From Octopus sinensis (lineage: Eukaryota), in the NCBI RefSeq assembly GCF_006345805.1, contig NC_043011.1, forward strand, positions 48,620,464 to 48,684,463: DNA of 64,000 nucleotides. The letters run 5' to 3'. Below the pieces are notes generated by a model, which saw only the letters and a list, made by a program, of their open reading frames with translations, ran no database searches and was not told the origin of the DNA. The position numbers and the translations under genes are program-made. How positions within the stretch are numbered: position 1 is the first letter of the stretch; the number at the start of each line of letters is the position of its first letter. Below are positions 1 to 12,540 of the stretch, piece after piece.

Positions 1-680
1 ACAGTAACGGCAGTTTTGATGCTGGTGGTGGTGGTAGTGGTGGTGGCAGTGGTGGTGGTGGTGGTAATGGTGGGAGTAGCAAGGTGTTGGTGCTCGTGTT
101 CAATACTTGTAGGATGACGATAGTTTTCATGGTAGCTAGATGGTGGTGATGGTGATGGCGGTGGTAGTGGTGGTGGTGGTGGTGGTGGACTCGGGGGGAG
201 GGGATGGAAGTTGTTGCAGGGTGATGGCAGTGACGGGGAGGAGTCGCTATAAGGGGGAGGAGCGTCGGTGGCGACGGTGAAAGTTGTATGGTGGTAGCGT
301 TGGTGGTAGCTGCATAGCGATGGTAAGGAGTTAATTGTAGGACACAGTTGACTCTGGTGGTGGTGGTGATGGTAGTGGTAGTGGCGGAGGTGGCGGTGGC
401 GGTCGTTGTAATGGTGATGGTGGTGGTGTTGGTAGTGGCAATGGTGGTAGTAGCAGTGTTCATAGTAAAATGGTGGCGGTGGTGGTGGTCGTGGTGGTCG
501 CATAGTGTGTTCTGCAATGGTGTTGCCAGAGGTGTGTTGAGGACACTAGCGATTGGTACATTGTAGCACAGTGGTAGTAGTTTTGTAGTAGTGTTTGGGT
601 GTTGGTATACTTGTGAGAAGGTGTTCTGTAAAATGGTGATGGTGGAGCTACTATTGCTGGGGCCAAGGTAGTAAAACTAG
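1..680. repeat. GGT/GAT-rich degenerate low-complexity tract
   Basis: Runs of GGTGGT/GGTAGT throughout; frame shifts and stops break any continuous Gly- or Thr-rich frame. Confidence 0.8.
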
Positions 681-1574
681 CAAAAGATGAGGGTTTGTAT
701 TCTAAGAATCAAAACTCACACATACACACATATTCACATGGACTCTCTTTTTCTCTCTCTATTTGTTAAAAGTAAAATTTATAAATATCCACAAATATTA
801 TGCACGCATCCATCCAGATGTGCATATAAACACATACATGATTACAAGTTAACTTATAATGCACCACTATACACACAAATATCTTAAATGGAGATTCATA
901 CTAGAAAGACAACAATAGCGACCAACATACACACACACACACTTATATACACACATATATATACAAGTTCGTTACAACCATGCTCAGACATGAAAAGACA
1001 TAACGATTCCAACACTGGTACTATCAATTTATATGATCATATATTTAGCTAATAATTCATAAAACACACACAAACACACACACATACAAAATTATACAAA
1101 TACATACTGAAAAGTAGACAAACATGAAACAGAGCTGAACAATCAAACACATATTCACACACACACGGAATAAAGAAAAAAGTAAAAGAGTGCCAACCCA
1201 TGGAAACTTAGTTACGCAAATCAAAGGCCCACAGTCATTCATAAAGCGTCCCTCATTCATATATATATCCTGCATAGCAATTCATAAAGTGTTCCTCATA
1301 CACACATGAGAATTCAACAGTTCATAAAAGAGTAACACCAAATTCCGATATTTATTATAACACAGGTGTAAACGCTACTATGCACAAATATATACGTGCA
1401 CGCTGGTATATATACACACACACAAACACTTTAAGTCCATTGTGCCTGAAACTAACATGTGCAGACATGCATAGCAGTGCACTGACACAAATAAACACGC
1501 ACGTGAAATATATATAAAAAAATAACAAAAATGTATGCTAATTCACACAGTCACACAAAGTACTACACACTACA

Positions 1575-1830
<256 letters not shown>

Positions 1831-1837
1831 TTATTTA

Positions 1838-2055
1838 TTTATTTATTTCACGTTGCTTCAGTTCACTCAGCTGTGGAAATGAGTTACGCGCTTCACTTTT
1901 CCTTTCCCTTGGGGTAACATTGGTGGTATGGAGAAGGGTGGCTGGTATGCATGGGTGACAGAAGTCTTCCATAAACAACTTTGCCTGGACTTGTGGCTGG
2001 AAGGGTAATTTTGTAGGTGCAATTCCATGATCATTCATTAACGAAGGGTTCTCGA
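1838..2055 (+). mobile_element. SINE family G body (5'-truncated)
   Basis: Matches the reverse complement of 37862-38100 (ttcacgttgcttcagttcactcagctgtggaaatgagtt...). Confidence 0.65.
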
Positions 2056-2082
2056 GATATGTGTAATATATATATATATATG

Positions 2083-2137
<55 letters not shown>

Positions 2138-2139
<2 letters not shown>

Positions 2140-2257
2140 TTCATCATCATCATAATCATTTAACGTCCGTTTCCGCGCTAGCACGGGTTGGACGGTTTCG
2201 ACCGGGGTCTGGGGAGCTCGGGACTGCCCAGGCTCCCAGTCTAGTCTGGCAGTGTTC
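2138..2257 (-). mobile_element. RTE-type 3' tail copy (family C) with (CAT)n tail
   Basis: Reverse complement of the gaccccggtcgaaaccgtccaacccgtgctagcgcggaaa..cggacgttaaa(tga)n end seen at 9125-9200 and 17680-17745. Confidence 0.85.
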
Positions 2258-2289
2258 TATATATATATATATATATATATATGTGTATG

Positions 2290-2350
<61 letters not shown>

Positions 2351-2362
2351 GTATCTTCTCTG

Positions 2363-2409
<47 letters not shown>

Positions 2410-2599
2410 GATATATATGTATATATGATGTTATCTATGTATATATGTATATCTATATATTATATATATATATAAATTATATAGCATATACATACACACA
2501 CATATATATATACTTACAGATAGACAGATACATACACGCATAATACATACCTACATACATACATACATACATACATACATACATACATTCATTCATACA

Positions 2600-2630
<31 letters not shown>

Positions 2631-2700
2631 GCATATACAAAATGTGTATGAAATACTTATGTGTGTGTATATGTGTTAGTATGTGTGTGTGTGTGTGTGT
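2258..2700. repeat. Compound (TA)n/(CT)n/(TACA)n/(GT)n microsatellite
   Basis: Directly visible. Confidence 0.9.
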
Positions 2701-3018
2701 ATATTAGACAGGGAACAAAATGAGGATATCAATATACCATAAGTGAAATATTTGTAACTACTGCATTTCAGGACCATTCTGTTTAATACTATATTACATA
2801 CAAATATTTATTTGTGATGAATTACACATGATCTGTATAAATTTACCCATGCTGGAATAGCAAAGAGTAACACTTCATCAGACATTTCATCAGACACAAC
2901 CAAAAAACACTTTGCTATTATAAAGAAAGCTTTTGGATTTTACCCAATCCAAATTTCTATTATGTATCTTACTATCTTTTTCTATGTATCTATATATGTA
3001 TATATATAGATACATAGT

Positions 3019-3075
<57 letters not shown>

Positions 3076-3079
3076 ACAT

Positions 3080-3140
<61 letters not shown>

Positions 3141-3252
3141 TATATATATATAAAGTTAAACCAAAACAAGCCAAACAAAAAGACAAACAACGCAAGGTTG
3201 TGGAACAAATAAAGTATTATTGGACGCTCAGGAAAGAAGGGAAAGAAGGAGG

Positions 3253-3286
3253 GTTGACGTTTTGAGCAGAGCTCTTCGTCGGAAAC
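3253..3286 (-). ncRNA. Degenerate minimal hammerhead-like motif (CCGACGA core variant)
   Basis: Minus strand reads GTTT CCGACGA A GAGC TCT GCTC AAAA CG TC AAC; stem II GAGC/GCTC; GAAA appears as AAAA. Confidence 0.35.
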
Positions 3287-3469
3287 ATAGGAAGAAAGAA
3301 AGATCCCGAGACGGGAGGACAGAGGGAAAAAAGTTTTTGCAGGTACTATTCATGAGGTCACATACTAAAAAAAAGATATATATATATATATATAATATAT
3401 ATATATATAGTATATAGTTAGTATCTACGTAGTATCATAGTATATACATAGATTCTATGTAAATATATA

Positions 3470-3860
3470 CTCTTTTACTCATTTACTTGTTTCAGTCATG
3501 TGACTGTGGCCATGCTGGAGCACTGCATTCAGTTGAGCAAATCAACCCCAGGACTTATTCTTGTAAGCCCAGTACATATTCTATTAGTCTCTTTTGCCGA
3601 TCCACTAAGTTACGGGGACATAAACACACCAGCATCAGTTGTCAAGCGATGTTGGGTGGACAAACACAGGCACACAAACATCTACACATATACATATATA
3701 CGACGGGCTTCTTTCAGTTTCCATCTACCAAATCCACTCACAAGGCTTTGGTCAGCCTGAGGCTATAGTAGAAGACACTTGCCCAAGGTGCCACGCAGTG
3801 GGACTGAACCCGGAATCATGTAGTTGGTAAGCAAGCTACTTACCACACAGTCACTCCTAT
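3470..3860 (-). mobile_element. tRNA-derived SINE family A (CORE-like)
   Basis: Full-length reverse copy of the 5735-6137 element. Confidence 0.9.
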
Positions 3861-3945
3861 ATATATATAATAAATATTAGGGAATAAATCCGAATTTACA
3901 GGGGAAAATCAGATTTAGGATTGAATCCAATTTTATAGTAAAATA

Positions 3946-4156
3946 TTATATAATATTAATTACAGACAAAACCACTATTATGCAAATCAAACAAAGAAAG
4001 ACTTAAGCCAATACATAAAAAATTTTATATAAATTAAATATAATTAAAATAACCACTACGATCGTTTCTTGTCAGCACTTCTATGAGACATTCTTCAGGT
4101 GGTTTCAAAACCTTCTTTGCATGTTTAGTGGTTTTGTCTCTAATTAATATTATATA
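3946..4156. mobile_element. Small element with ~40-bp inverted repeats (3946-3986 / 4116-4156) enclosing a hammerhead motif; Penelope-like remnant
   Basis: tataatattaattacagacaaaaccacta pairs with tagtggttttgtctctaattaatattata; lies between (TA)n runs. Confidence 0.6.
4052..4103 (-). ncRNA. Minimal type I hammerhead ribozyme candidate
   Basis: Minus strand ACCAC CTGAAGA ATGTC-loop-GACAA GAAA CGATCG TA GTGGT: perfect 5-bp stem I, intact core, palindromic ACGATCGT stem III, GUA cleavage triplet. Confidence 0.7.
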
Positions 4157-4417
4157 TATATATATACTGGGATGCCTTTACATATGAGTTAGTTTGCACC
4201 CAGAAATTACTCATAAAGTGAAAACTCGTAATGCAGAACAATAATTTCCCATAGTAGCTATGATATAAATCATAATTAATTCCCAGTAAAATACTTTATC
4301 GATAAAATTTATAATACTAATAAATAAATGGCAATAAAAAAACAGTAGAATGTAAAGAAAATTTTATGTAAAGTAAAAAGAATGTCAAGATCATTTATAA
4401 TAAAAATTATTATTATA

Positions 4418-4757
4418 GGCACAAGAGTGGCTATGTGGTAAGTAGCTTGCTTACCAACCACGTGGTTCCGAGTTCAGTCCCACTGCATGGCACCTTGGCA
4501 AGTGTCTTCTACTATAGCCTCGGGCCAACCAAAGCCTTGTGAGTGGATTTGGTAGATGGAAACTGAAAGAAGCCTGTCATATATATATATGTGTGTGTGT
4601 CTGTGTTTGCGTCCCCGTTACTTAGCGGTTCGTCAAAAGAGACCAATAGAATAAGGCTTACAAATAATAAGTCCTGGGGGTCGATTTGCTTGACTAAAGG
4701 CAGTGCTCCAGCATGGCCACAGTCAAATGACTGAAACAAGTAAAAGAGTAAAAAGAG
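4418..4757 (+). mobile_element. SINE family A
   Basis: tRNA-like head, ACCTTGG(G)CAAGTGTCTT core, (TAAAAGAG) tail; internal deletion. Confidence 0.9.
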
Positions 4758-5059
4758 AGAGTATTATCATAATCATTTTCTGAATCAATATCATTGACAT
4801 TAGATTTGTGTAAACCATCATTTGTAGGTAGACACAGTCACTGATTCACAAGCACACATAGACAGACTTATAGATTTCTTTTTGAAAACGAAGTCAAGAG
4901 TTGTTGCTTAGAAGAAGCATTTTTCTGCTCTCTATAAATTTCTTGGTGACATGCAGAAGTATTTGTTATGGTTGTAGCAACTTTGGATCTTGCGTATGAA
5001 AAATAAAAGTCATGGACCCAGTGTCTTGTAAATCAGATCCTTGTAAAGTGAGGTATTAA

Positions 5060-5452
5060 TGTATACACATACATATATATATAGACACACACATATACAT
5101 ACACACACATATATATACCCACACACACATACATGCACACATACATACGTACATACATACGCATATACATACATATATACACACATACGTACACACATAC
5201 ATACATATATTGGGAATTGAAACCACAATCCTAAGACCACGAGTCCACTGCCCTAGACACTGGGCCATTGCCCCTCCACATATGTGCATGTATGTATATA
5301 TATATATATATATATGCACACACACAAACACAATATATATGTTATATATGTGTGTGTGTATATATATATATATACACACACATACGCATAATATATGTAT
5401 GTTATATATGTATATATATTTATATAAAACTTTATACATATGCACACACACA

Positions 5453-5487
<35 letters not shown>

Positions 5488-5490
5488 CAC
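5060..5490. repeat. Compound (CA)/(TA)/(CT) microsatellite containing a SINE head
   Basis: Directly visible. Confidence 0.85.
5210..5281 (-). mobile_element. Isolated tRNA-like SINE head (family F)
   Basis: Reverse complement tgtggaggggcaatggcccagtgtctagggcagtggactcgtggtc resembles 29141-29210. Confidence 0.7.
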
Positions 5491-5734
5491 TGTTTCACTG
5501 TATTGGTTACAATGCATTTTCAATTGATTCTTGATTGCTACATTCTTTCCCGTTCTTCTTCCAAATTGCTTAACTAAACTATCTTCCCATATGCGTATGC
5601 GTTACATTGGAAAGAATCTCTTGTTGCATTTCTGATATGACCAATTCATGGGTACTCCTTCAATATTTATGGTAAAATAAACTTTAAATTTTACATTCTT
5701 AAGCTTTGTTCTTTCTTTGCAGCTTAATACCATA

Positions 5735-6137
5735 GGCGCAGGAGTGGCTGTGTGGTAAGTAGCTTGCTAACCAACCACATGGTTCCGGGTTCAGTCCCAC
5801 TGCGTGGCATCTTGGGCAAGTGTCTTCTGCTATAGCCCCGGGCCGACCAATACCTTGTGAGTGGATTTGGTAGACGGAAACTGAAAGAAGCCTGTCGTAT
5901 ATATGTATATATATATGTATGTGTTTGTGTGTCTGTGTTGTCTCCCTAGCATGCTTGACAACCGATGCTGGTGTGTTTACGTCCCATCACTTAGCGGTTC
6001 GGCCAAAAGAGACCGATAGAATATGTACTGGGCTTACAAAGAATAAGTCCCGGGGTCGATTTGCTCGACTAAAGGTGGTGCTCCAGCATGGCCGCAGTCA
6101 AATGACTGAAACAAGTAAAAGTGTAAAAGAGTAAGAG
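5735..6137 (+). mobile_element. SINE family A, full length (reference copy)
   Basis: A-box-like TGGCTGTGTGG (5745-5755), B-box-like GGTTCAGTCCC (5788-5798), CORE-like TTGGGCAAGTGT, internal (TA)/(GT) microsatellite, TAAAAGAG tail. Confidence 0.92.
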
Positions 6138-6263
6138 TATACTGGTTTAATTGGTCTCTATTTTAACCATTTTAAAATAAACTTAGATGAGACTCAGATC
6201 AGAAACTGGATGCTGTATGAATTCAAAAGGCCTTTGAACTCATACTGCATGCAGTGTCATAGA

Positions 6264-6445
6264 CAACTGGTGCTGGTGTGTTTACATCACTATAACTTAG
6301 CAGTTCAGCATAAGAGACCAATAGAATAAGTACCAGGCTTATAAAAAAAAGTAAGTATTAAAGTCAATTCATTGTCCAAGGCAGTGCTCCAGCATGGCCA
6401 CGGTCTAGTGACTGAAAGAAATAAAAGATAGATGATAAAAGATCA
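6264..6445 (+). mobile_element. SINE family A 3' half
   Basis: gctggtgtgtttac...gtgctccagcatggcc...tgactgaaa. Confidence 0.8.
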
Positions 6446-6479
6446 TTGCTCAATTGCAAAGGAGTGCTACTCTTACATA

Positions 6480-6760
6480 ATAATGTGACATCACATACCC
6501 ATCCCCAGAATCACCCAAGTAAAAATTACACTGTGTAACACGATTTTTGTCCTAAGGTAGCAATTGTTATTTCCTACATTTCCTTGAAATTTTACATTTG
6601 TTACATTTATTCAAACCCTAAAGAATTCCTCTCAATGCATGGCTATGATGCTACCCCACTACTGCTGTTCACATATCGTCACCCATTAAAAAACATGCTC
6701 AAATGGTTATGGTCAAGCAACTGTCAAGCAAGTCTGTAGTAGTGAGCAGAATAATTGCTA
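6480..6760. mobile_element. Degenerate copy of unclassified repeat D
   Basis: aaagaattcctctcaatgcatggctatgatgctaccccactactgct matches 53635-53690 and 57378-57425. Confidence 0.65.
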
Positions 6761-7150
6761 TAACAATATTTCTGCTTCAGCAAATCAGTGCTGAATCTGT
6801 CTGATATGTAATGGAAAATATCTCAGTTTCAAAACTTTGATGCCCAGGTCACAAAAGCAAGGTCTGGAAGAAATTGTAGTGCTTTCCTTTGATTTTAGAC
6901 AGAAGCAGATAAGAAGTAACACTTACTGACCAAAGACAACAATCAAATCTGTGGCATTGAACAGAATATTTGCTATAACAATATTTCTGCTTCAGCAACT
7001 CAGTACTGAACCTGCCTGATATGTAATGGAAAGTAGGTCAGTTTCAAAACATTGATGTCTAGGTCACAAAAGCAAAGTTTGAAGGGAATATTAGTCATTT
7101 CCTTTGATTTCTAGATAGAAGCAAATAGGAAATAACACTTACTGACCACA
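6748..7150. repeat. Diverged tandem duplication, period ~215 bp
   Basis: agaat..ttgctataacaatatttctgcttcagcaa...taacacttactgacca occurs at 6748 and 6963. Confidence 0.85.
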
Positions 7151-7189
7151 AACAAGAAAAAAAATTTAAATTTTGTTGTAAATTGCTGC

Positions 7190-7500
7190 TGCACTAAATA
7201 TGAAAGCTTTGCCTCATCCTCCTTACTTTCCTAACCTTGCTAGATCTGACTATTCCCTTTCCAGATCAGTACAACATTATTTAAAGTGAAAGCAGTTTAT
7301 AAATTGTGAAGGAGTTAAAAATGCTTCACAACCTGAAGACATTTATACCCAAGAGATAAACAACTTGCCAAAGAAATGGGATTATATTATCAATAAAGAG
7401 AGGAAACATTATCTTGATTAAATATATCAATTAAGAGCAAAGGAACACTTGTTTCTTTCTCGTCAAAAGATGTGATAAAACTTCCTTTCTAATCTAAAAT
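7190..7500 (+). mobile_element. Mariner transposase C-terminal remnant with decayed 3' TIR
   Basis: Translates to LPHPPYFPNLARSDYSLSRSVQHYL, matching the mariner HPPYSPDLAPSDYHLFRSL motif. Confidence 0.75.
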
Positions 7501-7617
7501 ATATATATGTATATATATGGATGGATTCCATTATAAAGACAATACTTTTGCAAAACGATCGTAAGATGTGTTAAATACTTAACTTTAAACTGTCATACTT
7601 TATATATTTACACATAC

Positions 7618-7651
<34 letters not shown>

Positions 7652-7859
7652 ATATATATATTTTAATACAATATTATTTACATAGATATCTTTGTAAAAA
7701 GTTTTTGGATTTTCATTTTCCTGCTATTATTTCGCAATATCTTATATATAATTGCTTGTATTAAATATCTAAATTACTTAATGATATTAATACTTTGACA
7801 CTTATATACAAAGAGCACTCGTTTTAAATTCACTATATCATATTCTCATAGAATATATT

Positions 7860-7976
7860 TAATTAAAGATATGTGCATATATATTCATATATATGTGTGC
7901 GCGTGTGAGTATATACACACATACATACACGTACATACACTATGTATGTAAACATACCAGACATATAATATATACA

Positions 7977-8025
<49 letters not shown>

Positions 8026-8194
8026 AGAGAGAGAGAGAGAGAGAGAGATACAGAGATAGACAGATGATATAGATATAATAGATATATATATGAGTAACTG
8101 TGAGTGTATGTTTTTGTGTACATACACATATATATACATCTAACTATATATATAAATATATATAGATATATACATATTACATACATATATATAC

Positions 8195-8265
<71 letters not shown>

Positions 8266-8295
8266 TATACATATATATTACATATATATATATAT

Positions 8296-8335
<40 letters not shown>

Positions 8336-8480
8336 GCATATATATAAGTCATCAATCATCATCAACATTTAATGTCCATTTTTCCATGCCGTGTGGGTTA
8401 TACATGTATATAAATGCATCACACATATGTAAATACATATAAATATATACATACATATGTGTATATAAATAAATATATAT
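7860..8480. repeat. Compound (TA)/(GA)/(CA) microsatellite
   Basis: Directly visible. Confidence 0.9.
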
Positions 8481-8967
8481 ATATTCCTCTTCTGGACAAT
8501 TTTTACTTAAAAAAGGCAGCCCCATACATTTGCTCTCTCATTCATTCATCTAGCACCCAAGCGCAGATAAGTTTGAATGCTTATTTATTTTCACTTCTCG
8601 ATCGATCATACATGCTTTCTTATCTATCTAAATATTTTTATCTAATTTCTCTATCTATCTAATTATTTTAACTAATTTATCCATTTCTCTTCTCGACTAT
8701 AATCAACCATCGTGTATTCGCGGTGCAAGCCACCACCAATACCGGATATCTCTATATTTTTGCTCCATCTATACCGGATGTCGCTTCTCCCACCACCATT
8801 ATAGGTGTCTACTCTTCGAACCCCTCTTCAATACGCTATTTCACCATGCATTACCCCTCTCTTGATATCCTACGTTTCTATTGCCTAGAACCTGTCATCA
8901 TTTCTCTGAACCACCCCTCCCCACTGGTGCTCCCCTATATTTCTGCCCCCCCCACAAAAAAAAGCAC

Positions 8968-9201
8968 CATCGAACGTGGCCGATGCCAGACCCCTCTGGC
9001 ACCTGTGCATGTGGCACGTAAAAAACACCCACTACACTCGCGGAGTGGTTGGCGTTAGGAAGGGCATCCAGCTGTAGAAACACTGCCAGACTAGACTGGA
9101 GCCTGGGGCAGTCCCTAGCTCCCCAGACCCCGGTCGAAACCGTCCAACCCGTGCTAGCGCGGAAAACGGACGTTAAACGATGATGATGATGATGATGATG
9201 A
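8968..9201 (+). mobile_element. RTE-type 3' tail copy (family C) ending in (GAT)n
   Basis: ggcacgtaaaaaacacccactacactcgcggagtggttggcgttaggaagggcatccagctgtagaaac identical in layout to the LINE 3' end at 17565-17745. Confidence 0.88.
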
Positions 9202-9625
9202 TGTATGCATATACACACACACACACGTGTGTATATGTATATCTATATATGAGTGTGTGTGCAAGATGCAACAGGTATGCATTGATATATATATATAGAA
9301 GGAGAGAGAGAAGGAGACAGAGAGAGATAAATAGATAGATAAAGATAGATATGGCCAGTCTGTAGGCATACCCTGTGTTTCATATCCATAAAGTGCTTAG
9401 CTTTACAGCCTCTGAAGTCTTGCTAGAGAGGCCATAAACCAACAGGTTTAGGGTCTAAAAAAAACATTGTAAAACTAACTGATTTATTGACATGAAACTC
9501 AGGGTAATCTCATAGACCAGCCTTATACATCTTTATCTATATACTCTGCTACTCTAAAACTCAGAGTGCACTTCTTTTTCAGATTTATGATTTACTGACA
9601 ATATATCTATATATATATATATATA

Positions 9626-10013
9626 GGCACAGGAGTAGCTGTGTGGAAAGAAGCTTGCTTACCAATCACATGGTTCCGGGTTCAGTCCCACTGTGTGGCA
9701 CCTTGGGCATGTGCATTCTACTATAGCCTCGGGCCGACCAAAGCCTTGTGAGTGAATTTGGTAGACGGAAACTGATAGAAGCCCATCATATATATGTATA
9801 TATATGTATGTGTGTGTCTGTGTTTGTCCCCCTAGCATTGCTTGACAACTGATGCTGGTGTGTTTATGTCCCCGTCACTTAGTGGTTTGGCAAAAGAGAC
9901 CGATAGAATAAGTACTGGGCTTACAAAGAATAAGTCCCGGGGTAGAGTTGCTCGATTAAAGGTGGTGCTCCAGCATGGCCGCAGTCAAATGACTGAAAAA
10001 AGTAAAAGAATAA
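9626..10013 (+). mobile_element. SINE family A
   Basis: Full-length match to 5735-6137. Confidence 0.9.
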
Positions 10014-10119
10014 AGTGTGTGTGTATATATATATATATATATATTCATGAATATCATGGTAGGTCTAGCACCTAACTTTGGGAGTTAAATATATGCAAAC
10101 CACTGAACTCAATGCCAGT

Positions 10120-10330
10120 GCATAGTACCAATGAACCCATCCTCACATCTAGAGTAAGGACTCAGTACTGTAACCCCTTAAGTTACAAGAGCCCACCATG
10201 TTTCTACACTCTGCAAAACAACCTCAAAGATCTGCAAAGTGTAGGTATGGAAATGTTTTGAGAACATTTGGACAACTTATTCTCTGAGGGACCTGAAATG
10301 AATCTGCTGATAACAGGAAACAGAAAGAAG
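10120..10330 (+). mobile_element. Degenerate CR1/L2-group LINE ORF2 C-terminal fragment
   Basis: QYCNPLSYKSPPCFYTLQNNLKDLQSVGMEMF*EHLDNLFSEGPE resembles the GPxLFNxLP...FKxxLDxFL C-terminal motif. Confidence 0.5.
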
Positions 10331-10419
10331 AGAGGAGAGTTGTGTTCAGCTCATTACTTCACTAACAACAGCTCTGGAGAGAGAGAGTTGAGAATTGAGC
10401 GTCAAATAAAGCCAATCAT

Positions 10420-10483
10420 AGATAAATGAATAGGTAGATAGATAGAAAAACAGACAGACAGACAGACAGATAGACTGATAGGC

Positions 10484-10530
<47 letters not shown>

Positions 10531-10644
10531 TAGATAGATAGGTAGAGAGAGAGAGAGAGAGTGAGAGAGAGACTGACAGACAGACTGATAGGTAGACAGA
10601 TAGATAGAGATAGACTGATAGGCAGATAGATAGACAGACAGACC

Positions 10645-10729
<85 letters not shown>

Positions 10730-10788
10730 GTAGATAGAGAGAGAGAGTGAAAGAGAGAGACAGAGAGACTGACAGACAGACTGATAGG

Positions 10789-10828
<40 letters not shown>

Positions 10829-10860
10829 CAGTCAGGTAGATAGATAAATAGATAGATATG
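10420..10860. repeat. (GATA)n/(GACA)n/(GA)n compound tetranucleotide repeat
   Basis: Directly visible. Confidence 0.95.
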
Positions 10861-11331
10861 TAAGTAGTGACAAAGAGACATGTAGACAGTTACGTAGATA
10901 TTTCACAGTTCGTAAAACTCAGAATAGATAAACATATTAGACAACAAAACTCCAGCATAGTGTGAAATTCATATTTCATATTTGCACTTTAACAACTTTT
11001 GCAAGTACTTAGGTTTTTTTTTTTATGGCATTCTGAATGCCAGTAACTGTTTGTGTAAAAAACATTAACAAGAAAGTGGATGTATTTCAAAACTGACAAC
11101 TTCTGTGAAATTTTTGAAACTTTCCTTTAAATATATTCTGATAGGTTCCTGCAAGGTGAAGTTTGCAAAAGATATTTTGTGCAACTGACGTGTGTTTTAC
11201 ATGTTGTAGGTTGAGTAACAGAGTAATGCAAGTGACACTGGCGGCATTTATTCATAGAAACAAACTACCACACACACACACACACACACAAACACGCATG
11301 AGTGTTGCTATATATGTGTGTGTGTGTGTGA

Positions 11332-12540
11332 GGGCTGCGAGCTGGCAGAATCATTAGCATGCCGGGCGAAATGCTTAGCAGTATTTTTTGTCTGCCGCTA
11401 CGTTCTGAGTTCAAATTCAGCCGAGGTCGACTTTGCCTTTCATCCTTTCGGGGTCGATAAATTAAGTACCAAATTATGCACTGGGGTCGATATAATCGAC
11501 TTAATCCATTTGTCTGTCCTTGTTTGTCCTCTCTGTGTTTAGCCCCTTGTGGGTAGTAAAGAAATAGGTATTTTGTCTGCCGCTATGTTCTGAATTCAAA
11601 TTCCACCAAGGTCAACTTTGCCTTTCATTCTTTTGGGGTTCGATTAAATAAGTACCAGTTACGCACTGGGGTCGATATAATCGACTTAATTTGTTTGTCT
11701 ATCCTTGTTTGTCCCCTCTGTGTGTAGCCCCTTATGGGCAATAAAGAAATAAGAAACATTAGCACACAAGGTGAAATGCTTAGCGGTATTTCGTCAGCTG
11801 CTACGTTATGAGTTCAAATTCCACTGAGGTCCACTTTACCTTTCATCCTTTCGGGGGTCGATTAAATAAGTACCAAATTATGCACTGGGGTCGATATAAT
11901 CGACTTAATCCATTTGTCTGTCCTTGTTTGTCCTCTCTGTGTTTAGCCCCTTGTGGGTAGTAAAGAAATAGGTATTTTGTCTGCCGCTATGTTCTGAATT
12001 CAAATTCCGCCAAGGTCAACTTTGCCTTTCATCCTTTTGGGGCTGATTAAATAAATACCAGTTACACACTGGGGTAGATGTAATTGACTTAATCCGTTTG
12101 TCTGTCCTTGTTTGTCCCCTCTGTATGTAGCCCCTTGTGGGCAGTAAAGAAATAAGAAACATTAGCACATATGGTGAAATGCTTAGTGGTATTTCGTCAG
12201 CTGCTACGTTCTGAGTTCAAATTCCGCCGAGGTCGACTTTGCCTTTCATCCTTTTGGGGTCGATTATATAAGTACCAGTTACGCACTGGGGTTGATATAG
12301 TCTATTTAATCCCTTCGTCTGTCATTGCTTGTCCTTTCTATGTTTAGCCCCTTGTGGGTAGTAAAAAAAATAGGTATTTCGTCTGTCTTTATGTTCTGAG
12401 TTCAAATTCCACTGAGGTTGACTTTGCCTTTCATCCTTTCAGGGTTGATAAATAAAGTAAAAGTTGCATACTGGGGTTGTGCTAATTGACTGGCCCCCTT
12501 CTCCAAAATTTCAGGCTTTGTGCCTAGAGTAGAAAAGTAT
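11332..12540 (+). mobile_element. Tandem array of six SINE family B monomers
   Basis: Six repeats of ...gttcaaattcc.ccgaggtcgactttgcctttcatcctttcggggtcgat...; long and short units alternate. Confidence 0.92.

Noticed and set aside
348-666. Val-, Gly- or Thr-rich ORFs in the GGT tract
   Set aside because: Products of degenerate trinucleotide repeats; frames are interrupted and no splice or domain support was seen
5735-5810. SINE heads as tRNA genes (also 29141-29215)
   Set aside because: A/B boxes are present but there is no complete cloverleaf or acceptor stem, and each continues into a SINE body
7550-7570. AAAACGATCGTA, the same palindrome as the 4052 and 28090 motifs
   Set aside because: No core or stem II upstream; at most a fragment
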